This document shows, one piece after another, positions 57,079 to 64,000 of a stretch of 64,000 nucleotides of DNA (position 1 is its first letter; each line of letters starts with the position of its first letter). A program made the translations under genes and the position numbers. Source of the DNA: Candidatus Nanoarchaeia archaeon (lineage in GTDB: Archaea; Nanobdellota; Nanobdellia; Woesearchaeales; UBA525); contig JANQNB010000018.1 in the NCBI GenBank assembly GCA_028279755.1, positions 302,191 through 366,190 on the forward strand, read 5' to 3'. Below the pieces are notes generated by a model. It saw only the letters and a program-made list of their open reading frames with translations, searched no databases and was not told the DNA's origin.

Positions 57079-57153
57079 TGCCCCCGCCGGGATTCGAACC
57101 CGAGTCGTCGCCTCGAAAGGGCGAAATGATTGGCCGGACTACACCACAGGGGC
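57079..57153 (-). tRNA. tRNA-Glu(TTC)
   Basis: Cloverleaf; anticodon arm TCGCC-CTTTCGA-GGCGA; T arm GGTTCGAATCC. Confidence 0.95.
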
Positions 57154-57177
57154 GTGGGCCCCCAGAACAGGGGGAAC

Positions 57178-57251
57178 TGGGCCCGCCGAGATTTGAACTC
57201 GGGACCACTCGATTATCAGTCGAGCACTCTACCAGACTAAGCTACGGGCCC
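57178..57251 (-). tRNA. tRNA-Ile(GAT)
   Basis: Anticodon arm CTCGA-CTGATAA-TCGAG; T arm AGTTCAAATCT. Confidence 0.95.
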
Positions 57252-57272
57252 TTGACAATATACTCAGTCGCA

Positions 57273-57344
57273 TGCACCGGCCGGGATTTGAACCCGGGTC
57301 ACAACGTTGGCAACGTCGTATACTAACCACTATACTACCGGTGC
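57273..57344 (-). tRNA. tRNA-Gly(GCC)
   Basis: Anticodon arm CGACG-TTGCCAA-CGTTG; T arm GGTTCAAATCC. Confidence 0.95.
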
Positions 57345-57395
57345 TTAGTAGCAGCCTCGGCAAACTGAGGGGCTTTTATAAAGCTTACTGTAGAA

Positions 57396-57776
57396 TTATT
57401 TCTTTTTCTTCTTGCCTTCGATCTGGACCTTGATGGTCTTCTTGTCCTCTTTCTTGCTGATGAGGATTAAGTGGCTTTTCAGGATCAGGTCGTGCTGGCT
57501 GATGAAGGCTAAGAGGACAAAGCCGGAATACAGGAATTCGAAGATCTTGTTCACCATGGCCATGTCGACGCCCACGAACTGGATCACGCCGAAATAGCTG
57601 AACAGACTCACGAGCTCGAAGAGAAGGAAGAGGAGGCTAGCAACAAAGAGAAAGTCCCATGGGCGTCGCTCTTTGTGCCGTTTGGTCTTCACCAGGAAGA
57701 GGTACGCGTAGATCATGATGAAGAACGCGATGAACAGATTGGCGATGGTGAACAGGCCGAAGAGGTAGTTTGCCAT
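57396..57776 (-). CDS. Hypothetical membrane protein
   Basis: 3 hydrophobic helices and a basic tail. Confidence 0.7.
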   Translation of the reverse strand: MANYLFGLFTIANLFIAFFIMIYAYLFLVKTKRHKERRPWDFLFVASLLFLLFELVSLFSYFGVIQFVGVDMAMVNKIFEFLYSGFVLLAFISQHDLILKSHLILISKKEDKKTIKVQIEGKKKKK

Positions 57777-57836
57777 GCCGCGATTCCCTGCACAGTGCTT
57801 TTTAAAGTTTTCCTGCTATTCGACGATAGAAACAAA

Positions 57837-57909
57837 TGGGCCCGGCCGGACTCGAACCGGCGACATGCGCCGTGTAAAGGCGCCGTCATAGCCACTAGAC
57901 CACAGGCCC
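57837..57909 (-). tRNA. tRNA-Val(TAC)
   Basis: Anticodon arm GCGCC-TTTACAC-GGCGC; T arm GGTTCGAGTCC. Confidence 0.95.
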
Positions 57910-58047
57910 TCGCGATCCTTGGACATGTCACCTTCTTAAATAAGCATTGGTCATGCCCGCGTAAACCATTTAAAGCTCTTGTTTTCCCGCGCTACAGCGA
58001 AATATTTAAATAGCCTGGTATGGGAAAATGTATACGGAGAACCCGCG

Positions 58048-58866
58048 ATGACAGAGGCAGTATTGGCGCAGAAACGACGCGTCTCGACGCAGGAGCAGAT
58101 CTTTCAGATTTTGTTTGAGAGCGATGAGCTCACGTGGAAACAGATCATCTTCGGCTTGATCGAAGCTGAGGAAATGGACCCGTGGGACATAGATATTACG
58201 CTTATTTCTCAAAAATTTCTTGAGATGCTTAAAACATTAAAGCAGATGGACTTCCGTATCAGTGGCAAGATCGTGCTCGCGAGCGCGATCCTGCTCAAGA
58301 TGAAGAGCAAGAAGCTCATGGAAGAGGAGATCGCGGCGCTCGACCAATTGATCAACAGCGCTGACGAGCCTGTCGATATGGGCTTCTTCGACGAGTTCCC
58401 GGCAGAGAGCATCTTTGTCTTCGACGAGCACGGCAAGGTCAAGCGGGAGAAGCCACGTCTCGTGCCCAGGACGCCGCAGCCACGCAAGCGGAAAGTCAGT
58501 GTGTATGACTTGGTGGAAGCGCTTGAGAAGGCCCTTGAGATCGACGCCCGCCGTGTCAAGACCGCACCGAAGCTGATCAAGGAAGCGAAAGCGCCGCGCG
58601 ATCACGTCGATATGAGCGCTTTGCTTCGCGAAGTCTACGACCGCGTCAATGGCCATTACAAGGCAGACAGCGCGCCGAAGCTGACCTTCGACGACCTCAT
58701 CCCGAGCGAGGAACGCGAAGACAAGGTGCTGACCTTCATCCCTCTCTTGCATCTCGACTTCCAGCGCAAAGTCGACGTGAAGCAGAAGCAGCATTTCGGC
58801 ACGATCCACGTGCACTTGCTGCAAGCGAACGCGAACTTCACCCAAGCACAGCTCGAAGCGAAGTGA
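58048..58866 (+). CDS. scpA: Segregation and condensation protein A (kleisin)
   Basis: MDPWDIDI, SGKIVLASAILLKMKS, RKVSVYDLVEAL, FIPLLHL. Confidence 0.9.
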   Translation: MTEAVLAQKRRVSTQEQIFQILFESDELTWKQIIFGLIEAEEMDPWDIDITLISQKFLEMLKTLKQMDFRISGKIVLASAILLKMKSKKLMEEEIAALDQLINSADEPVDMGFFDEFPAESIFVFDEHGKVKREKPRLVPRTPQPRKRKVSVYDLVEALEKALEIDARRVKTAPKLIKEAKAPRDHVDMSALLREVYDRVNGHYKADSAPKLTFDDLIPSEEREDKVLTFIPLLHLDFQRKVDVKQKQHFGTIHVHLLQANANFTQAQLEAK

Positions 58867-58899
58867 ATATTTAAATACCCCTTGCTGTTCTCGACGACG

Positions 58900-59595
58900 A
58901 TGCACGTTGTCACCCTGAATTTCCACGGCAACCCCAATGTTGGGCTCTATGGCTACTGCGGCGAGGTAGACGGCAAGCGCCTCTGCCTCCTGGGCGAGCA
59001 GCTCAACGATGATGACGAGGCGCAGATAGCCGAAGCGCTCGATGCAGAGCTGCACCATCTTACCATAGCAGGCACGCCAATGCCAGGCGTCTTCCTCGCC
59101 GGCAACTCGCACACCCTGCTTGTGCCAGCCATCGCCTTCGACCGGGAGCACCAGCACCTGACAAAGCTCGGCTTTCCGGTGAAAGTCTTCCATTCGCGGC
59201 TCACCTGCTTCGGCAATAATATCGTGACGAACGATCACGGCTGCCTGGTCAATCCCGATTTCTCTGACACAGAGATGGACGACCTGCGCGACCTGCTCGG
59301 CGTGCCAGTCAAGCGCATCGAAATAGCCGGCCTGAAAACACCAGGCGCGTGCGTCGTGCTGAACGGCAAGCGGGGCGTGATTCATCGCGATGCAGCAGCG
59401 CACGAAATCGCGATGGTGAAAGAAACGCTGAAGCTCGACGAGCTCGAACCGGCAAGCGTGAATCTCGGCTCGCCGTTCGTCCGTGCCGGCATCCTTAATA
59501 ATGACCAGGGCTTTGTCGTGAGCGACGCGAGCGGCGGCCCGGAAATCGTGCATTTAGAGCAAAGCCTCGGCTATGGTGATCGCAATGAAGGATGA
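58900..59595 (+). CDS. eif6: Translation initiation factor 6
   Basis: GNPNVGLY, GNNIVTNDHG, SVNLGSPFVRAGILNN. Confidence 0.9.
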   Translation: MHVVTLNFHGNPNVGLYGYCGEVDGKRLCLLGEQLNDDDEAQIAEALDAELHHLTIAGTPMPGVFLAGNSHTLLVPAIAFDREHQHLTKLGFPVKVFHSRLTCFGNNIVTNDHGCLVNPDFSDTEMDDLRDLLGVPVKRIEIAGLKTPGACVVLNGKRGVIHRDAAAHEIAMVKETLKLDELEPASVNLGSPFVRAGILNNDQGFVVSDASGGPEIVHLEQSLGYGDRNEG

Positions 59596-59980
59596 GGATG
59601 CCAAGCAATTGTACATGGAATACAAATTGCTCAGCGAGCAGCTCAAAAAAGTGCAGCAATACCTCGAGAAGACAAGCGAGAACCTGTCCAACATCGGCGA
59701 CACGATCAGCAGCCTTGAAGAGTTCTCCAAGCTCAAGAAAGGCGCCAAGATCTTCGCGCCCTTCGCGAACGGTATCTTTGTCGACGCGACGCTCAACGAC
59801 GCATCGCATGTGCGCATGAATGTCGGCGGCCACACGGTCGTGACCAAGAGTGTGGACGAGGCAAAGAAGATGATGGAAGCGCAACGCGACGAAGTGCGCG
59901 AGATGCGCGATCGTGCGAACGCTGATTTGTTGAAACTCACGCAACGATTGAAAGAGATCGAAGCCAGCATTGAGGGGTGA
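59585..59980 (+). CDS. pfdA: Prefoldin subunit alpha
   Basis: Coiled coil, PFANGIFV, MNVGG..VTKSVDEA; lies between eif6 and ftsY. Confidence 0.9.
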   Translation: MKDEDAKQLYMEYKLLSEQLKKVQQYLEKTSENLSNIGDTISSLEEFSKLKKGAKIFAPFANGIFVDATLNDASHVRMNVGGHTVVTKSVDEAKKMMEAQRDEVREMRDRANADLLKLTQRLKEIEASIEG

Positions 59981-59986
59981 GGAGCT

Positions 59987-61585
59987 TTGTTCGGCTTTCT
60001 CAAGAAGAAACTGAAGGACGCGGTCAAGAAGTTCACCAAGAAGGCTGAAGAGGAGGTTGTCGAGGAGAAAGTCGACGACAAGGCAGCCATCGCGAAGGCG
60101 AAGCAGGAAGAGAAGCAGATTCTGAAGAAGGCGGAGAAGGTCAAGGAGATTCCTGAAACGCCTGACGAGAAAGCCCAGCACGAGAAAGAAGCAAGAGAGA
60201 AGAAAGCGGCGCCGAAAAAGGTTCAGCCAAAACCAACAAAACCCGCTCCAAAGCCTGCACCAAAGCCGGCGAAAGCCGCACCTCCCAAACCCGCTCCTAA
60301 GAAACCCGAACCAAAGGTTGCTCCGAAGAAAACTGTTCCTGAAAAACCTAAGAAAGAAATTCCAGTCAAGGAAACTCCTAAGAAAGAAGAACCTGTTCCA
60401 GACAAAAAGGTCGAACCTGTCAAGGAAGAACCTGTTAAGGAAGCAAAACCCGGATTTCTCAAGAAACTGTTCAAGAAAAAAGAACCTGTTCCTGAACCAG
60501 AGCCTATCCCTGAAAAACCAATTGAACCAGAAGTTCCGGAAGAACCACCTGAGGAAAAAGTTGAGCCAGTCGAAGAGGAACCTGAGGAAGAACCGGTCCT
60601 CGAGGAGGAACCGATTCCAGAAGAGCCAATTCCCGAAGAACCTGAAGAGGAGCCTGTGCTTGAAGAAGAGCCTGTTCCTGAGGAGCCGGAAGAGCCAAAA
60701 CCGAAACGCGGCCTCTTCGCAAAGCTGAAAGACACGTTCACGAAGAAAAGTTTGAGCCCGGAAAAGTTCGAAGAGATGTTCTGGGACCTGGAAGTCGTGC
60801 TGCTCGAGAACAACGTCGCCTTGGAAGTCATCGAAAAGCTCAAGGAAGACATGAAACAGGATTTGACAACCGGCAAGGTGAGTCGCTTAGGCATTGATGA
60901 CATGATTCTCGTGAGCCTGCGCGAAAGCGTCGACGCAGTGCTTGACATCTCTGGCTTCGACCTGGTCAAGAAGATCAAGAAAGACAAGAAGCGGCCGTAC
61001 ACGATCGCGTTCATCGGCGTGAACGGCTCAGGAAAGACGACAACCCTCGCGAAGATCGCGAATCTGTTCCAGGAAGAAGGGCTTGGCGTGGTCATCGCAG
61101 CAAGCGACACGTTCAGAGCAGCGGCGATCGACCAGTTGAAAGAGCACGCCGATCGCCTCGCGATCAAGATGATCAGCCAGGGCTATGGCGCTGATCCGGC
61201 AGCAGTGGCATACGACGCGATCGAACACGCGAAAGCCAAGAACCAGGACGTGGTGATGATCGACACAGCCGGTCGCCTCCATTCCAACACGAACCTGATG
61301 GCAGAACTGGAGAAAGTCGTGCGCGTCGCAAAACCGGACCTGAAGATCTTCATCGGAGAATCGATAACTGGCAACGACTGCGTGGAGCAGGCGAAACAGT
61401 TCGACAAGGCCGTGGGTATCGACGCGATCATTCTTTCGAAAGCAGACGTTGATGAGAAAGGCGGCGCCGCTCTCAGTGTCAGTTGGGTCACGAAGAAACC
61501 AATCCTCTATCTCGGCGTCGGACAAGCCTACGGCGATCTCAAAGCCTTTGACAAGGACGAGATTGTGAAGAGCTTAGGGCTCTAG
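59987..61585 (+). CDS. ftsY: SRP receptor FtsY with a long K/P/E-rich N-terminal linker
   Basis: GVNGSGKTT, DTFRAAA, DTAGR, SKAD, GVGQ; TTG start. Confidence 0.96.
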   Translation: MFGFLKKKLKDAVKKFTKKAEEEVVEEKVDDKAAIAKAKQEEKQILKKAEKVKEIPETPDEKAQHEKEAREKKAAPKKVQPKPTKPAPKPAPKPAKAAPPKPAPKKPEPKVAPKKTVPEKPKKEIPVKETPKKEEPVPDKKVEPVKEEPVKEAKPGFLKKLFKKKEPVPEPEPIPEKPIEPEVPEEPPEEKVEPVEEEPEEEPVLEEEPIPEEPIPEEPEEEPVLEEEPVPEEPEEPKPKRGLFAKLKDTFTKKSLSPEKFEEMFWDLEVVLLENNVALEVIEKLKEDMKQDLTTGKVSRLGIDDMILVSLRESVDAVLDISGFDLVKKIKKDKKRPYTIAFIGVNGSGKTTTLAKIANLFQEEGLGVVIAASDTFRAAAIDQLKEHADRLAIKMISQGYGADPAAVAYDAIEHAKAKNQDVVMIDTAGRLHSNTNLMAELEKVVRVAKPDLKIFIGESITGNDCVEQAKQFDKAVGIDAIILSKADVDEKGGAALSVSWVTKKPILYLGVGQAYGDLKAFDKDEIVKSLGL

Positions 61586-62427
61586 ACCTTTCTGACTTCC
61601 GCAGTCCTATTGTTGTATGCAGTGTAGAAACCGCTCATTTGTTCTGCAACACGCGCTGGCTCGAGCAATGGAGACACGTTGGTAGCAGTAATGATATCAG
61701 TGCCTCGCTTGCGAGCATGTCGCCTGAGCACTTCTTCATCTTCGGTAGAGAGATCGTTTCGGACTTGATTCAGCTGATAGGCAGCATTGTCTGCGTGTTC
61801 GAGTCGTCGCCCAACAAATTGACACCCTGTATCTTGGAGTAAGATAACTTCTACTGTTGGTCGCGGTGAGCGACGTGCAGGAAAGAGCGAAAGCTGGATG
61901 TCAGTGTAGAGCAGATCCTGATACTCTTGCTCTAAGCTATCCAGGTATTCCCGCAATCCCTGACAATCTTCAGCCGGAATGCTGGGAAAACTGCGCAACT
62001 TGAGCCTTATCAGGCCGAAAGTACTGAGCTTTCCATACAAACGCTGGAGAGCGAGCGGGGAGGGAAATATCAAATCAGCGAACCGATTGATTGTCTCGTG
62101 AACATCAAGCACTTTGATGATACGCTTCCGGCCTTCAGGCACCTGCCAGCTACCAGTATGGACATCAAGCACCAACTGCAGGTACATTAGAGTGTCTAGC
62201 GCTTGCTCCGCAGATGCGCGTATGCCTTCATCACCTCCGTTTGTGACTCGCAGCGATTCGGGCGTGCCATTCAAAGGTAATACATCGCGAACAAAAGCAT
62301 AAGCCCAACACTTATCAGCCACTCCCTTCTTTTCCGTGTCCCGAGCCTTCTCGCGCTGCCAACGTTCGTTCTGTTCTGCCTGCCAGGCAGCTATGGGATC
62401 CGGACCAACGTAGATTGCATTTGACAT
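61582..62427 (-). CDS. Hypothetical protein
   Basis: Long ORF with own TATA box; atypical codon usage. Confidence 0.55.
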   Translation of the reverse strand: MSNAIYVGPDPIAAWQAEQNERWQREKARDTEKKGVADKCWAYAFVRDVLPLNGTPESLRVTNGGDEGIRASAEQALDTLMYLQLVLDVHTGSWQVPEGRKRIIKVLDVHETINRFADLIFPSPLALQRLYGKLSTFGLIRLKLRSFPSIPAEDCQGLREYLDSLEQEYQDLLYTDIQLSLFPARRSPRPTVEVILLQDTGCQFVGRRLEHADNAAYQLNQVRNDLSTEDEEVLRRHARKRGTDIITATNVSPLLEPARVAEQMSGFYTAYNNRTAEVRKV

Positions 62428-62562
62428 GCGGAAAGTCTGCTTTGCATGATTTATATGCTTTTTGACAGTTACCATTGCATAGTGACTATCATTTGACATA
62501 TTACAGGAACACACTGGACATTCTCACGTCACCCTTTTAAAGCGCCCGGCATTCTTCCGAAT

Positions 62563-64000
62563 ATGGCGATTCAGTTCATGAAGAAGGCGCATGCAGACAA
62601 GGACACCTTGGCCACGCTGCACCCGCTTGTCAGAGAGTGGTTTCTTGGCAAATTCAAGGAGCTCAGCCCGCCACAGCGCTACAGCATCAAGAACATCAGC
62701 GATGGCGTCAATACGCTTATCAGCTCTCCCACAGGCAGCGGAAAAACCCTTAGCGCATTTCTTTCCATATTGAACAAATTAATCATCCTGCAAGAACGAG
62801 GCGAGCTGGAACAGCGGGTCTACTGCATCTATATCAGTCCGCTCAAGGCGCTGGCCAATGACATCACCAAGAACCTGAAAGAGCCGCTGAAAGAGCTCAA
62901 AGAGCTCGCAAAGCAGCGCAAGCAGAAAATTGACATCAAGGTGGGCACACGGACAGGCGACACGACAGCCAGCCAGCGCACTGGCATGCTGAAAAAACCG
63001 CCGCACATCCTGATCACAACGCCAGAAAGCCTGGCGATTTCTCTCACCACCATCAAATTTCGGAACATGTTGAAACCGACAGAATTTCTGATCATCGATG
63101 AAATCCACTCCCTTGCAGAAGGCAAGCGCGGCGTCCATCTCAGTCTTTCTGCTGAGCGTCTGGAAGAATTGATCAAAGAGGACGATCCGAAGAGGCAGCT
63201 CGTCAGGATAGGTCTCAGCGCGACAGTCAGCCCACTAGAGGACGTCGCGAAATTCCTTGTCGGCTTAGAATACCCAAATAAGAAAGTTTACCGCGACTGC
63301 AAGATCGTGGATGTGCAGGCATTCAAACAGCACGACCTGAAAGTGCTCTGTCCTGTTGCGGACATCATGCGCACAACGCACGCGCAAATGCAGGCAGCGA
63401 TGTATGACATGCTGCATGACCTGATCCAAGGACACAAAACAACTTTGGTGTTCACCAATACACGAGCCGGTACTGAACGAGTGGTGCATTTCCTCAAAGC
63501 GCGCTATCCAAAATCCTACCACGGCATCATGGACGGTGATACTGAGGAAGAAGTGCTGGAACAAGAAACAGAACAGGACATGCTCAAGGATGAGATAAAG
63601 AATGGATTACGTAATGGAGGAAAAAAGGAAAAAACCAAACAGAAAGGTGGTTTCATCGGTGCACATCATGGTTCATTGTCAAAAAAGCACCGGCTTAACA
63701 TTGAAAACAGACTTCGAAACGGTGAACTCAAGGCTGTCGTCTGTTCTACTTCATTGGAATTAGGTATTGATATTGGTTCAATTGATTTAGTTGTTCTCCT
63801 TGGTTCCCCTAAGAGTGTGGCACGTGCACTCCAACGCATAGGTCGTTCAGGCCACCAACTCCACGAGACTGCGAAGGGAAGGATTATTGTTCTTGACCGC
63901 GATGATATGGTGGAGTGTTCAGTTTTATTGAAGAGCGCGATCGAGAAGAAGATCGACAAGGTGCACATCCCACAGAACGCGCTCGACGTGCTCGCGCAGC
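62563..64000 (+). CDS. lhr: Lhr-family ATP-dependent helicase (runs off the window)
   Basis: [65 protein letters not shown]. Confidence 0.95.
   Translation, partial: MAIQFMKKAHADKDTLATLHPLVREWFLGKFKELSPPQRYSIKNISDGVNTLISSPTGSGKTLSAFLSILNKLIILQERGELEQRVYCIYISPLKALANDITKNLKEPLKELKELAKQRKQKIDIKVGTRTGDTTASQRTGMLKKPPHILITTPESLAISLTTIKFRNMLKPTEFLIIDEIHSLAEGKRGVHLSLSAERLEELIKEDDPKRQLVRIGLSATVSPLEDVAKFLVGLEYPNKKVYRDCKIVDVQAFKQHDLKVLCPVADIMRTTHAQMQAAMYDMLHDLIQGHKTTLVFTNTRAGTERVVHFLKARYPKSYHGIMDGDTEEEVLEQETEQDMLKDEIKNGLRNGGKKEKTKQKGGFIGAHHGSLSKKHRLNIENRLRNGELKAVVCSTSLELGIDIGSIDLVVLLGSPKSVARALQRIGRSGHQLHETAKGRIIVLDRDDMVECSVLLKSAIEKKIDKVHIPQNALDVLAQ

Noticed and set aside
57079-57909. tRNA cluster as an integration site for a mobile element
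   Set aside because: No integrase and no duplicated tRNA 3' end (att site) was seen in the window.
60180-60700. Tandem-like repeats in ftsY (and in the rps24e tail) as a CRISPR or repeat array
   Set aside because: These are in-frame low-complexity E/P/K protein linkers with no constant repeat-spacer periodicity.

Overview
Archaeal chromosomal segment of roughly 55% GC with archaeal TATA/BRE promoters. The gene set points to DPANN, most likely Woesearchaeota (inference). Core genes: folC (partial), cdc6/orc1, MetRS, ATP-dependent DNA ligase, ftsZ, eIF2-gamma, ribL, an S27ae/S24e/Spt4/Rpo7/PIN cluster, cbf5, a Kef-type antiporter, yhbY, DRG GTPase, scpA, eIF6, prefoldin alpha, ftsY and an Lhr helicase (partial). 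Also present: four tRNAs (Glu, Ile, Gly, Val), a type IV (Tad-like) pilus locus, a ~2,100-aa mosaic surface protein, a Na+/K+-ATPase-like P-type pump and two tandem PEP-utiliser (swivel His domain) proteins that lack an ATP-grasp domain. Signals the ORF track does not explain: (i) four dispersed intergenic hairpins with covarying stems and an invariant AAG bulge; (ii) micro-proteins below the ORF cut-off: a translationally coupled triplet of related 27-38-aa peptides, a 53-aa Cys-rich peptide, a 24-aa acidic peptide and L41e; (iii) structured RNA-like elements on both sides of ftsZ, including a hairpin whose loop resembles the anti-Shine-Dalgarno; (iv) a single ORB-like box; (v) an uncharacterised operon encoding an EndoIV-like TIM barrel with a very large insertion, next to the pilus genes. 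No CRISPR array, rRNA, integrase or transposase was seen. Functional calls come from motif recognition by eye, not from database searches.
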